64,000 nucleotides of DNA from a virus. Taxonomy: Duplodnaviria; Caudoviricetes. Shown piece by piece: positions 47,615 to 58,157 of this stretch. Position numbers and translations under genes: made by a program. The notes under the pieces are model-generated. The model had not been told where the DNA came from. It saw nothing but the letters and a program-made list of their open reading frames with translations, and did not search any database. Within the stretch, counting starts at the first letter, position 1. Each line of letters starts with the position of its first letter. The stretch is from IMG/VR virus record IMGVR_UViG_3300042139_000023; one strand, given 5' to 3'.

Positions 47615-50600
47615 TCACGGAGTTCCACAGACGGCGATGAAGAATACCTCGGTGGTTCCCGAGGAGGAAACGTACTGGAATCCACCCTCGGTTCCGCTGG
47701 GGAAGGTGACGATTGAACTGGTTGCGGGCGTACTTCCAGCGTTCGGGGTGATGATCGGGTAGTACCGGCGAGTGGTGACCGATCCGTACGAATACGTACC
47801 GTTCTGGAACCCGACCCGGTCCATCCGGAACATGTCGTTCTGGAAATGGCCGGTGTTGAACATGCCACCGATACGGAAACGAGCCACCGAGGAATCCCAG
47901 TAGATTCCCTGAACGGAGATCGTCTCGGTTCCGTACTGTCGAGTAATCTTCGAACCGTTCACACCGTAGGCAAACTGAAGGTCCACCCGGCCGGAGGAGT
48001 TCACCGTCTGCTCCGGGCCGGTGATGACGAAGCCGCGCGGGTCCCACCCCCCAGTACCGGATGCGTCGGCCTGAAAAATGCGGGGGCCGTAGTTCGTCAG
48101 GCCGTCCCAGCGGATACCGGACTGACCGTTGAAGTTGGCATTCTCCGTGATCTTGATGACGGCGCCGCCGGACTGGCTCGTCATCTCGTAGTAAGCCGAC
48201 CTGATCGAGTGCTTGGCCGTGATGGCGTCGGCGTTCAGGACGTCGGTGGTCACCGCGTTGGCGGCGAGCAGTGGAGTCTTGATCAGGCCGTTGCCGATGA
48301 AGACCGACTGCTCCTGCCAGATCTCGATCTGGGTGAACTCCAGAGCCACGGCCGGGTCCACCGTGTTCTCGAACTTTACATACAGATAAGGGATGTAGCT
48401 GACCGTACCGGCCGCCGGGTTCCATCCGGTCGTCGACTCAACCGTGTAGGTGCCATTCGCCGAGATCGTGAAGTCCGACCGGATCGTTCCCGAAGTGGCG
48501 ATGGGGGCACCACTGCTCTGGAACTGACGCGCCAGCATGGCCACGTTGATCGTTGCTGCGCCCGGACTGGCCGGAATGCCGGTCGCCGTGACGACGAACC
48601 GGCACTTGATACTTCCGGTGGAAATGCCGTCCGTGTTGCCCGGCCGGGTGAAGGGGATCGCCAGTTCGTTGCTGCTCAGGGACGGACCGGGGAAGGTCTG
48701 GAGCGGGTAGTTCACCAGCGTGTTGTTGGTGAAACCGAACCGGTTGAAGTTGTTCGCGCCGGAGTTGTTGTCGATCCGGAGGGCGCCCCCGGCGGTTATC
48801 GACCAAGCCACACCGCTACCGGAAGTAGCGGTCGCCTGAGTGAGGCGCGCGGTGTTCAGCGGGGCCGAGGAGAACGTCGGGTCGACGACCAGATTCGACG
48901 GGTTGCCGACCGCCAGGTTCTCCACGGTGAGACTGTGGGCCTTGATCTGCTCGGCCGTCAGGGTGCCGGTGGCGATGTTGTTCGCCGTGATCGTGTTCGC
49001 CGCGATGTCCGGGCCACTGACACCGAGCACGACGATCGAGCTGACTGCCGAAGTCGCCGAGATGACCGAGGCGCTGTTCATCGCCTTGAAGCGGACGTAG
49101 ACGGTGTTGCCGACGTTCCAGGTCGGCAGGCCGCCCTTGCCGCTCATGATGAGCCCGGCGCCGCCCGAGAAGATGTCGCCCGCGTGGAACCACGTGGAGT
49201 TGTTGGTCGACACCTCGACCTGGACTTCGCGAAACTCCGGTGGGTAGGCGTTGCCGTCCTCGTCCTTGCCGTCCCACTCGGCCTTCACCGTGCTGAGCTT
49301 CGACGAGAGGATCGGCGCCGAGGGGATCTCGGGGGCCGTCGTCGGGTAACCCATCGTCTGGGTGATGGCGTTCGACCAGTCCGAGGCGTAGCCCGAATCG
49401 CGGATGGCCTGCACCCGGAACTCGTAGCTGTAGCCCGAGTCCAGCAGCGGCACCTTGGCGTGGATCACCTGGCCGGTGGACGGCGAATCAGGCTGGGTCA
49501 CCTGGACGGTGAACGCCTGCTGCCAGTTGAAGTCCGACCGGCGCGCGGCCACGTTGTACCGCAGGATGTCGATCGTGCGGTTCTCGACGTCCTTGGTGGA
49601 GACCTGGAAGGCGACGTCGGCCATCGAGACCGGGTCGCCCAGCGAGGAGAAGTACGGCTCGTTGGTCACCGAGTTCAGGATCGGCGCCTTGGGGGGCGTG
49701 GAGTCGATCGGAGCGGGCTTCTGGGGCTTCGTACCGGCGCCCGTGCCTCCGCCGCCCGTGGGGCCGCCCGCGCCCGACACACGGGAAACCCAGCGCTCCG
49801 TCTGGAGGGCGCGGTCGGTGAACCGGTCGTTGAGGGTGAGCGCTACACCGACGCCGTACGGATCCGTCCCGGAGAGGGTGATCTGGTAGACACGCATCGA
49901 CGCCTTCTGGGCGCCGGTCGTCGCGTCACTCATCGCCCGGATGAAGTCGCCCGGCCGGTAGTCCACGAGCGGCACCGGGGCACCCTCGGTCCAGACGAAC
50001 TTCTTCGTGTACTGGGTGCGGCTCTTGTACTTCGTGAGCAGCAGGTTGTCGGTGATCTGAGCGAGGGTCTGCACATCGGTGACGCCTGACGCCGAGATCG
50101 ATTCGTCCCACTTCCCCCAGGGGTACTCGACGGAGTCCGGCGCCTCGACCATGCCGGAGATGAGCTGCTGGTCGCCGACGGCCACGATGAATCCGGCCAG
50201 GTCTTCCCAGGTGCGCTCGACCGGCTCTTCGGTGGTGCCGACCATGCTGTGGACGTGAACGCCCGTGTCGCTGTCGAGCTGGCGCCGCAGTGTCGTGTCG
50301 GCCTTGTACATCTGGAGAACGCGCTTGTTCATCCGCCAGTCGAAGAAGCCCTGACGGGAGAGGGCGTCGATCATCGACCAGGCGTCCTGGCCGTAATCGA
50401 AGTTGCCCTTCATCGTGACGCCCCAGGCAGTGCCTGCGGAATCCACACTGCCGGTGAAGTCGTACGTCAGGCCGGGGATGTTCCCCCGGTTCCTGGCGAG
50501 GTCGATGATGTCCTTGACGGGAAGCGCCGGGGACACGGACGTCTTGTAAGCGATCTGCCCGTCCTTGTTCAGGCGCGGGTTGTCCGGGTCCATCCAGCGG

Positions 50601-50935
50601 ACCTTCTTGAGCTGCCATCCGTACGACGGCATCGTGAAGGAGAGGATGCGCGGCCGGGCGGCGAGGTCGAACGACCGGCGGACGTTCATGAACCGGCACC
50701 CGGGGTGTTCGGTGAAGGTGCCCGTGTTGGGGTCGCGCAGCTCAAGCGCCACTTCGCAGGGCGACTTCAGCAGGTTGGCCGCGTCCGACCCGTCCGGGTA
50801 GGTCATCGTCAGCGAGGGCATGTCGTTGAGCGGAATGCCAGCTTCCCAGGAAAGCGGATGCGGCAGGATTCCGATCGCCGCGCCGTTTGCGGCGTACGCC
50901 CGGAAGCGAACGACCAGCGTATTCACCAGCGCCAT
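47615..50935 (-). CDS. tail-tip/host-recognition protein (Tal/central fibre, FN3-like domains)
   Basis: 1106 aa after Dit; FN3-like segments, IAANTITANNIATGTLTAEQI trimeric beta repeats. Confidence 0.85.
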   Translation of the reverse strand: MALVNTLVVRFRAYAANGAAIGILPHPLSWEAGIPLNDMPSLTMTYPDGSDAANLLKSPCEVALELRDPNTGTFTEHPGCRFMNVRRSFDLAARPRILSFTMPSYGWQLKKVRWMDPDNPRLNKDGQIAYKTSVSPALPVKDIIDLARNRGNIPGLTYDFTGSVDSAGTAWGVTMKGNFDYGQDAWSMIDALSRQGFFDWRMNKRVLQMYKADTTLRRQLDSDTGVHVHSMVGTTEEPVERTWEDLAGFIVAVGDQQLISGMVEAPDSVEYPWGKWDESISASGVTDVQTLAQITDNLLLTKYKSRTQYTKKFVWTEGAPVPLVDYRPGDFIRAMSDATTGAQKASMRVYQITLSGTDPYGVGVALTLNDRFTDRALQTERWVSRVSGAGGPTGGGGTGAGTKPQKPAPIDSTPPKAPILNSVTNEPYFSSLGDPVSMADVAFQVSTKDVENRTIDILRYNVAARRSDFNWQQAFTVQVTQPDSPSTGQVIHAKVPLLDSGYSYEFRVQAIRDSGYASDWSNAITQTMGYPTTAPEIPSAPILSSKLSTVKAEWDGKDEDGNAYPPEFREVQVEVSTNNSTWFHAGDIFSGGAGLIMSGKGGLPTWNVGNTVYVRFKAMNSASVISATSAVSSIVVLGVSGPDIAANTITANNIATGTLTAEQIKAHSLTVENLAVGNPSNLVVDPTFSSAPLNTARLTQATATSGSGVAWSITAGGALRIDNNSGANNFNRFGFTNNTLVNYPLQTFPGPSLSSNELAIPFTRPGNTDGISTGSIKCRFVVTATGIPASPGAATINVAMLARQFQSSGAPIATSGTIRSDFTISANGTYTVESTTGWNPAAGTVSYIPYLYVKFENTVDPAVALEFTQIEIWQEQSVFIGNGLIKTPLLAANAVTTDVLNADAITAKHSIRSAYYEMTSQSGGAVIKITENANFNGQSGIRWDGLTNYGPRIFQADASGTGGWDPRGFVITGPEQTVNSSGRVDLQFAYGVNGSKITRQYGTETISVQGIYWDSSVARFRIGGMFNTGHFQNDMFRMDRVGFQNGTYSYGSVTTRRYYPIITPNAGSTPATSSIVTFPSGTEGGFQYVSSSGTTEVFFIAVCGTP

Positions 50936-50938
50936 ATG

Positions 50939-51781
50939 TCACACCACCGCGTACCTGGATCGCACCTGCACTCCGTTGTTTCCGCCAGCAGTTGTAACGG
51001 TGAATGTACCGGTCCTGTTCCCGAAAGAACCGGAACCGCGCGACGTAAAAGTCAGCGGTCCGTTTCCACGGAATTCCAGGGCGCCCGTGACGTTCGTTCC
51101 CGTGGTGAAAGTCCAGACTTCCGAGGACTGAAGGCGAGCCCTCATGTAGCGGGGGTCGATGAGCAGCCACTGCGCCGAGCTGACCGAGGACGACCCGTCA
51201 CCCCAGAAGACCGAGGTCGTCGAGGTGTTGTCGGTGACCGTGAGGGAGGTGGCCGGACCCTTCAGCAGCAGGAGCGAATCGGCGATGGGCACCGTCGAGG
51301 AGAGCGCGTTGGCCAGGGTGTTCGAGGAGCTGTTGAAGAAGGTCACCGTGGTCTCGGTGCCCCGCCAGGCGCCGCCGGGGATGTTGAAGATGATCGTCGC
51401 GTCGGCCCGGTTGCTCGGGCAGGAGAAGTCCGGAGTGTTCATCGAGACGAGCTGGGCATCGGCCGTCTCCTCGATCGTCCCCCGGACCCGGGTGAGGGTG
51501 ATGGGCTGGTTCGTACCCATGCCGAGCAGGCCCATCAGAGTGTTCCACCGCGAGGCCAGCGCCTCTGGCGTGAGATCGACGATGCGGATCTTCAGGGAGA
51601 CCGTGATCTGCGACAGCGGATCGTCCCACTGGGGGATCGCGTAGTGCGTGTTCGGTACCTCGATGACGGCACGGCGCGGCGCCAGGGCCGGTGCGTACTC
51701 GGTGCCCTCCAGGAGGTACATCCCCGAGGTGATGGCCTTGCCGCCGATCGTGAACCCGTTGATCTTGTATGCCGTCGCCAT
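50939..51781 (-). CDS. distal tail protein (Dit-like)
   Basis: Directly after tape measure; size and beta-rich content typical. Confidence 0.75.
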   Translation of the reverse strand: MATAYKINGFTIGGKAITSGMYLLEGTEYAPALAPRRAVIEVPNTHYAIPQWDDPLSQITVSLKIRIVDLTPEALASRWNTLMGLLGMGTNQPITLTRVRGTIEETADAQLVSMNTPDFSCPSNRADATIIFNIPGGAWRGTETTVTFFNSSSNTLANALSSTVPIADSLLLLKGPATSLTVTDNTSTTSVFWGDGSSSVSSAQWLLIDPRYMRARLQSSEVWTFTTGTNVTGALEFRGNGPLTFTSRGSGSFGNRTGTFTVTTAGGNNGVQVRSRYAVV

Positions 51782-51784
51782 CGC

Positions 51785-54700
51785 TCACACCCCGCTGATC
51801 GTCGCTGCGTAGGCCAGCGACCTGTTGATCGTAGTCGACGTGGGCTCGGCCTGCGGGTACTGGTTGTTGATGTTGAAGACGTTCGTCGGACCCTGTGACG
51901 GGGCGGCCAGACGGGCGGTGAACACCGACACGCTCTCCGGCGGAACCTGCTGCACCGCACTGCTGCCGCCGAGCATCGTCGTCCCCGCGCCTCCCTGCCG
52001 CGCCCGGACCTGCTTCGAGCCGCCCGTCACGCCGGAGTCCAGCAGGCGCTTGGCCACACCGGAGAAGCCCCGGCCGCCGTGCCGGTTGATGACCTCCAGC
52101 AGGGCGCCGAAGCGCTTGGCCGAGGCAGCGTTCACGACGAACTCGCCGTTGGAGAGCATCGCCGGAATCACGTCGGACTTCGGGCCGCCAGGCCCGTTGA
52201 TCCAGCCACCGTTGGCCGCCGCGTAGCTCTTCGGCGGGGAGTTCTTCTGGTAGTAGTAGTAACCCACCGAGACGGTTGCCGACCTGGTCAGCGCGTTGGT
52301 GATCCGGCCACCGGCCGTATACGCGGCCTGGACGATTCCGCCGAGCTGCCGGTTGAAGGTGCCGACACCGGCCAGGGTGACGGTGCCCTTCGGGTTCAGC
52401 TTCCCCTTGTTCGCGTCGGCGACCGCGCGCTTCAGAGCTTCCAGCAGAGCCTTGAACTCGTCGTCGTCGAGCTTGCCGTCACCGTTGACGTCGAACTCAC
52501 CGGCCGCCTCCTTGCCCAGGATGAGCTGGGCAAGGGCGGTCATCTGGGCCCGGTACTCCTTGTCGTTGAGCTGGGCCTTGCCCTTCGGGTTGAGCAGACC
52601 CTGGCCCTCCGTGGACGCCAGGAACTCGGTCATCGCGAGCACCTTCGCCCGGTACTCCGCGTCGCTCAGCTTGCCCTTGCCCTTCGCGTCCAGCTTGCCC
52701 TCGGCCTCCAGGCCGTCCACGAACGTGGTGAGCTGGGTGAGCTGCGACTGGAAGATCAGGGTGTTGAGGGTGGCCTTGCCCTCCTTGTTCAGGTTCGCGT
52801 TCTTCAGCAGCTCCTGGAGCTTGGCGATGTCACCCTGCGCCTTGATGATGTCGATGGCGACCTCGGGCTTGACCTTCTTCTTGCCGACGAGGTCGATGTA
52901 CAGACTCAGGTCGCTCAGCGACTTGAACGCCTTGGCGTCGTCGGCCGAAATGTCGATCTTCACGCCCTTGACCTGGCTGAGCTGGGTCACCAGCTTGGCG
53001 TACTGGTTCGAGACGTCGGCGAAGTCCTCGCTGGTCTTCGCCTTGTCGATCAGGTTGCCGAAGACATCGGCGATGATCGTGCGCGTCTGGAGTGTGGCGT
53101 TCTCGATCTTCCCGGAGTTCTGAATGATGGCCGCCGCGAGGTTGCTGGTGGCGTCGCCGCCGATCTCGGCCAGGCGCGGGCCCAGCTTCTCCAGCTCCTT
53201 AGCCGAGAGGTCGGCCAGCTCGGCGACGGCGGGCGCCGCCTCCGGACCCATCTTGCGGAACTGCTCGGCGACCTCCGGCCCGAGGGTCGCGGAGATCTTG
53301 ATCAGGTTCGCCGACCAGTCGCGCTGCGCCTTGGCGATCTTCTCCAGTTCCTTGATATAGGCATCCAGGCCACCCTTGGTCTTCAGCGAGAACTTGTCGA
53401 TCGCGTCCTCGGCCTTGCCGAATGCCGACTCGGCCGCCGACTTGAAGGCGTCGAGCGGAGTGCCGAACTTCTCGAAGGTCTGGGCAAGCTGGTCGATCGC
53501 CTGCTGCGCCTCTTCGCCCGTGGTGTCCAGATCCTCCAGGGCGGACTTCGTCAGCTTGATCTTGCCGCTCGCCGAGCTGGCCGAGGTGCCGGTCTCGTCG
53601 AGCGCGTCGGCCAGCAGGCCCTTGGTGATCGAGAGCTTCGTCGAGGCGCTGTCTTCGGCGGAGATCGTCGTACGCAGGGCCTCCAGGAAGTTCTTCAGGC
53701 GGATGGCTGCGGCGGCCTCGTTATTGATCTGCTCACCGAGCTTGCCGGAGCCCGACGGTGCGTAGTTGTCGGCCGTCTTGCCGACTTCCTTGATCGCAGC
53801 GTCGAGCTGCCGAAGCGCCTTGTCGGGGTCGGAGAGGGACAGCTCCAGCAGGCTGCCGACGTTCACGCCCGCCTCGCCGAGCTGTTCCAGGGAGCGTCGG
53901 CTGAGGTCACTTCCGTCGGCCAGCTTCGACGTCTCCACTGCGGCCTGGGCGGTGTCGAGCAGCCACTGCTTGGTGTTCTCACCGATGGCCGCCGTGTTCT
54001 GGCCCAGCGCCTCGGTCGTCTTGTTGATGACGCCCTCTTCCTTCGCGATCTCGCGAAGGTAGCGCTGCGCCGCCTGGGCTCCGGTGCCGTGCCCCTTGGC
54101 CTGCTCCTCCAGGGCTTCCTTCGAACCCTTCGTCGCCTCGATCGCGCGCAGCCGCTCCTTGGCCTCCGTGCGCGCCGCCTCGGCCGAACGCACGTCGGCA
54201 TCGGCCAGGTCGCCCTTCGTGGTGGTGATCGTGCGGTAGACGCCGATGGACTCCAGAGCACTCTTCGAGCCGTCCTTGATCGCCGCGTTGTACTGCCTCA
54301 CGCCACCGGCCGCCAGCACCGCCGCGTCGGTGTCGGCCTTGATCGCGTTGGCCAGGGCCTGCGTGCCACCACTTGCCTCGAACGCGGCGTCGGCGATCTT
54401 CTCCGACTCCGATCGGAAGTCGAACATTTTGCCGATGAGCGGACCGAGCAGGATGCCCGCCGTGGCGATGGCGATACCCCAAGGGCCGAACGCGAAGGCT
54501 GCGGCGCGGGCCGCCAGACCCGAGGCCGTGATGCCGGTGGTTGCCCGGGTGAAGGCACCGGCCGCAACGGTGCTGGACGCGGCAGCCGTTCCCATACCGG
54601 CGCCCATCTGGGCACCGGCCGCCGCCGCGTTGCGCATGGAGGCCGACATCAGGTTGGTCGTCGGCACCGCGCGGGCGGTCGCGGTGTTCAGGCCCGCCAC

Positions 54701-57004
54701 GGCCGTTGCGGAGATGGCCGTCTGGCCAGCGAACACCCGGGAGGAGTTTGCGATCTGCGTCTGGGTGAGCGCCAGGTTCCGGTTGACGTTCGAGACGTTG
54801 GCCATGGCCAGGGCGGAGGCGGTCGCCTGGGCGCTGAGCTGGCGCATCGAGGTCTGCGTGGCGAGCGTAGAGGCGAACAGGGCGTCCTGGCCTCGCACCG
54901 CGTTGGCGCTGGCCGTGCTCATCGCGTTCAGCCCGGTCGCCGACTGGGCCGCCGCCAGCGAGTAGCCCCGGATCGTCGTCGAGGACGCGGCGAGCGCCGT
55001 CGACAGAGCCTCCGTGCTGACCGTGAGCTGACGCTGCGAGTTGGCCGCCGCAGCCTGCGCGGCCGTCGTGCCCTGGAAGCCGTTGCGGTAGATGTCGAGC
55101 GCGACACGAGCGCTCAGCGTGCTGACCTTCAGGCGCTCCTGGAGTTCGCGGGCCGCGATCAGAGACTGGATTGTCTTCGACAGGGCCACCTGGTAGAGCG
55201 CCCACCCGGCGGCAGCCGTGACCGCCAGGGCGCCGAGCGTACCGATGATGGGCACGACCGGACCGAGGTGGGCGAAGAAGCCGATGACATCGGCCAGGTG
55301 CCCGGCGATCGAGCCGATGGCCGAGGCCAGGGGGCCGCCGAGGGTGGCCAGCAGGGTACCGAAGGCGTCGGAGAGGTTCTGGAGTTCGGCCGCCGTGGTC
55401 TCGTAGATACCCTTCGACTGCCGGTTCAGCTCGGTGCCCTTGGCGAACTCCTGGTTGGCCCGGTCGAAGGACTCGCTGACGATATCGGCGTTGTTGGCCA
55501 GGCGGGAGAACACGTCGATGTCTCGGACCGCGTTGACACCCAGTTCACGGAGCACGCCCTGGACGTCACCACCGGCTCCTGCCGCCCGACTGAGTCCCTG
55601 GATGAAGGCCAGCAGGAAGTCGCCGCGCGTCGCCGGGTTGTTGTAGAGCTTCGAGACCTCGGCGTCGGTCATCCCCATGACCTTGGCCAGCTTGCTCAGC
55701 TCCGTACCGCCGTCGGAGACGGCCGTGGACAGCTCGTTGAACACGCGGGTCAGGGCACCACGTGACAGCTCGGGCCGGACCTGGAGGGTGGCCAGGGCTG
55801 CGGAGAGACCGGCCGTCTGCTGGGCGGTGAGGCCGAACAGGTTCGATACGGTGGCGATCGAGGCGTTGACGCGCAGGATCTCCTGGTCGGTTGCGGCCGA
55901 CGCGGTACCGAGGGCGAGGATCGCAGAGCCGAGCTGGTCGATCTCGGAGATCGGCACGTCCTGCATCTGTGCGATGCGGCCGAGAAGCAGCGTCGCCTCA
56001 TCGGCCGCCACGCCCGTGGTCAGCGAGAACTTCACGATGGTGTCGGTGAAGTCGCCGAGGTTCTGTTCGGAGATACCGATGGCCGCACCGAGCTGACCGA
56101 TACGGGCCACTTCCTCGAAGGAGATCGGCGCCTGCTGGGCGATCTCCTGGAACCTTGCGAGCAGGCCGACCGAGGCAGCCTCGGCCTCGCCCACGACTCG
56201 GGCCACCTGGGCGAACGCCTGCTCCTGAGAGATGGCCGCCCCGGCGAGTGCCGTGGGCACCTTCGACAACACGTTGAACAGCGACTGGAAGGAGCTTTCC
56301 AGCTCACCAACGGTGTTACGCAGGGCGAACGTGGAGCCCGAGTAGGAGACGGTCGACTGGTGGGCGCTCTGCGTCGCCTGAGCAGTACGGGCTCGGGCGG
56401 CGGCCAGGGCCTGCTCCTGCTGGGCAATGCGCTGGGCCGACTGCGCCAGCTTCTCCCGCTGGATCGCCAGCTTCTGCTCTTCGAGCGCGAGTCGCTGGGA
56501 AGTCTCGGCCGCCTTCCGCTTGGCCTGCTCCTCCTTCTGCTGCGCGGCGATGGCGTTCTGGGTGATCGACGACATCGACTTCTGCGCGTTGGCCAGCGTG
56601 CTGATGACCGAGGCCAGCTTCTGGTACAGCGTGACCGTGCGATTCAGGCGCTGGTACTCCTTCTCGCTCAGACCCTGAACAGAGGCCAGGGCGGAGCGGA
56701 GCTGCTGGAATGCCTGCGTCATCAGCTTGGCGCCGTTGGCGCTGTTCGCTTCGTTCTTCTGGAGAGCCTGAACTGCGGAGGCGTAGTTCTTGGTGGCCGA
56801 CGTGATCTGGTTGTAGACGGTCAGCGAGGTGCGGAGCTTGGCGGCAAGGCCGCTCTCCACGAGAGCGACCTTGCTCAGGACGGAGTTCAGGTTGGAGAAG
56901 ACCTTCTCCATCTGGCCGCCGGACTTCGTGACGGCCTGAGCGCCCTGGGCGAAAGAACGGATGTCCAGGTTGATGCGAGCTGTTGCATCGAAGCCCGTTG
57001 CCAC
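51785..57004 (-). CDS. tape measure protein
   Basis: 1739 aa Ala/Gln-rich; EQAFAQVARV..ISFEEVARIGQLGAAIG TP901-type core; C-terminal AANGGWINGPGGPKSDVIPAMLSNGEFVVNA. Confidence 0.95.
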   Translation of the reverse strand: MATGFDATARINLDIRSFAQGAQAVTKSGGQMEKVFSNLNSVLSKVALVESGLAAKLRTSLTVYNQITSATKNYASAVQALQKNEANSANGAKLMTQAFQQLRSALASVQGLSEKEYQRLNRTVTLYQKLASVISTLANAQKSMSSITQNAIAAQQKEEQAKRKAAETSQRLALEEQKLAIQREKLAQSAQRIAQQEQALAAARARTAQATQSAHQSTVSYSGSTFALRNTVGELESSFQSLFNVLSKVPTALAGAAISQEQAFAQVARVVGEAEAASVGLLARFQEIAQQAPISFEEVARIGQLGAAIGISEQNLGDFTDTIVKFSLTTGVAADEATLLLGRIAQMQDVPISEIDQLGSAILALGTASAATDQEILRVNASIATVSNLFGLTAQQTAGLSAALATLQVRPELSRGALTRVFNELSTAVSDGGTELSKLAKVMGMTDAEVSKLYNNPATRGDFLLAFIQGLSRAAGAGGDVQGVLRELGVNAVRDIDVFSRLANNADIVSESFDRANQEFAKGTELNRQSKGIYETTAAELQNLSDAFGTLLATLGGPLASAIGSIAGHLADVIGFFAHLGPVVPIIGTLGALAVTAAAGWALYQVALSKTIQSLIAARELQERLKVSTLSARVALDIYRNGFQGTTAAQAAAANSQRQLTVSTEALSTALAASSTTIRGYSLAAAQSATGLNAMSTASANAVRGQDALFASTLATQTSMRQLSAQATASALAMANVSNVNRNLALTQTQIANSSRVFAGQTAISATAVAGLNTATARAVPTTNLMSASMRNAAAAGAQMGAGMGTAAASSTVAAGAFTRATTGITASGLAARAAAFAFGPWGIAIATAGILLGPLIGKMFDFRSESEKIADAAFEASGGTQALANAIKADTDAAVLAAGGVRQYNAAIKDGSKSALESIGVYRTITTTKGDLADADVRSAEAARTEAKERLRAIEATKGSKEALEEQAKGHGTGAQAAQRYLREIAKEEGVINKTTEALGQNTAAIGENTKQWLLDTAQAAVETSKLADGSDLSRRSLEQLGEAGVNVGSLLELSLSDPDKALRQLDAAIKEVGKTADNYAPSGSGKLGEQINNEAAAAIRLKNFLEALRTTISAEDSASTKLSITKGLLADALDETGTSASSASGKIKLTKSALEDLDTTGEEAQQAIDQLAQTFEKFGTPLDAFKSAAESAFGKAEDAIDKFSLKTKGGLDAYIKELEKIAKAQRDWSANLIKISATLGPEVAEQFRKMGPEAAPAVAELADLSAKELEKLGPRLAEIGGDATSNLAAAIIQNSGKIENATLQTRTIIADVFGNLIDKAKTSEDFADVSNQYAKLVTQLSQVKGVKIDISADDAKAFKSLSDLSLYIDLVGKKKVKPEVAIDIIKAQGDIAKLQELLKNANLNKEGKATLNTLIFQSQLTQLTTFVDGLEAEGKLDAKGKGKLSDAEYRAKVLAMTEFLASTEGQGLLNPKGKAQLNDKEYRAQMTALAQLILGKEAAGEFDVNGDGKLDDDEFKALLEALKRAVADANKGKLNPKGTVTLAGVGTFNRQLGGIVQAAYTAGGRITNALTRSATVSVGYYYYQKNSPPKSYAAANGGWINGPGGPKSDVIPAMLSNGEFVVNAASAKRFGALLEVINRHGGRGFSGVAKRLLDSGVTGGSKQVRARQGGAGTTMLGGSSAVQQVPPESVSVFTARLAAPSQGPTNVFNINNQYPQAEPTSTTINRSLAYAATISGV

Positions 57005-57017
57005 CTAGACCTCCGCT

Positions 57018-57452
57018 TCAGTCGCCGTCCGGCATGTCGTGCTGGTAGGAGTGCGCCCGGGAAGGGAGCGGAGTGCCCGCGCCCCATACGTTACGTGCAG
57101 ACACGTACCGGGTCTCTCCCTTCTGGCGGATCTTCCCGCGCCGCTTCTCGCTGTCCTCGCGATCCTTCTCGATCTCCGCGCAGCCGTAGCAGACAGCGCC
57201 CTTCAGATCGAAGACGATCTCGTTGTTCGTCGACATGCCGATCCAGGCAGGAGTGCCGCACTGCTTGCACGTCTCCTCCTCCAGGATCGTCAGCGCCATG
57301 GCCAGCTTGCGGTTGCGCTCATCAGCCCAGTCAGAGGGCTGCCCCGTCAGCATTGTCAGCGGGGGCACGGACCACGACCTCGCCGTTTTCAACAGAGGTC
57401 GCACCCATGCCGATTTCTTCCAGGTGAGAGCTTCGGCCAAGAAACCCGGCAT
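57018..57452 (-). CDS. tail assembly chaperone, downstream (T-like) frame
   Basis: W.DERNRKLAMALTILEEETCKQCGTPAW motif; overlaps upstream chaperone by about 120 nt; no RBS before ATG 57452. Confidence 0.75.
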   Translation of the reverse strand: MPGFLAEALTWKKSAWVRPLLKTARSWSVPPLTMLTGQPSDWADERNRKLAMALTILEEETCKQCGTPAWIGMSTNNEIVFDLKGAVCYGCAEIEKDREDSEKRRGKIRQKGETRYVSARNVWGAGTPLPSRAHSYQHDMPDGD

Positions 57453-58131
57453 CGAGCTTGTCGGCCCAGTCACGCGAAGCCGACAGTCCGGTCCCCACGG
57501 ACTCCATCAGGCGCATGGTCTCCGAGGAGATGAGCTTCTTCAGGAGGAGGTCGGCGCCGTTCTGCGTCGGCGGCGGAACCTTCCGGCCGTCGGGCAGCTC
57601 GACCTCGATGCAGAAGTGGGAGATCTGCGCGGTCAAGGTGTAGCGGCTGCGGGCGGTGATGTAGTCGAGGTCGTTCTCGCTCGCGTCCTTGTAGTGCGGG
57701 TTCTCCTTGTGGAACTTGCGGGTCGCCTCGCGGGTGACCGTGCCCAGCTCCTCGGGCGTCTTGACCTGGAAGACGAGCGTGATGCCCGACTTCACGATCT
57801 TCTCCTTCAGTTCCTCGACCCGAGCGGAGAGCTTGTCGATCTCCTCTTCCAGCTCGGTGCGCTGCTCCTGGAGGCTGTCGAGCACCGAGTCCACGAACGA
57901 GTTCGCGGAGGTCTCCGTGCGCTTGCGGATGTCCTTCTCGACGCTCTCCAGCCTGCCGACCAGGTCGTCCAGCTCTTCGAGCACCGCGCCGAGTTCGGCT
58001 CCGCTCTTCTGGTCCAGGAAGGCCGTGTGCTTGAACACGGGGAACGTGGAGTTCCCCTCCAGGTAGTCCTCGAAGCTGAAGTTGTCGGGGCCGGGCTCCG
58101 GGTTGCCCGGCTCCGCAATGTCCTGCGCCAT
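57331..58131 (-). CDS. tail assembly chaperone (G-like)
   Basis: Between major tail and tape measure; coiled-coil N-half. Confidence 0.8.
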   Translation of the reverse strand: MAQDIAEPGNPEPGPDNFSFEDYLEGNSTFPVFKHTAFLDQKSGAELGAVLEELDDLVGRLESVEKDIRKRTETSANSFVDSVLDSLQEQRTELEEEIDKLSARVEELKEKIVKSGITLVFQVKTPEELGTVTREATRKFHKENPHYKDASENDLDYITARSRYTLTAQISHFCIEVELPDGRKVPPPTQNGADLLLKKLISSETMRLMESVGTGLSASRDWADKLDAGFLGRSSHLEEIGMGATSVENGEVVVRAPADNADGAAL

Positions 58132-58157
58132 GTCCGTTCCTTCGGTCGTACGGGTTG

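Noticed and set aside
57441-57447. Canonical -1 slippery heptamer G-GGT-TTC
   Set aside because: In the upstream frame it reads GGG-TTT-C, and the downstream ORF is in the +1 frame, so a -1 shift does not join them
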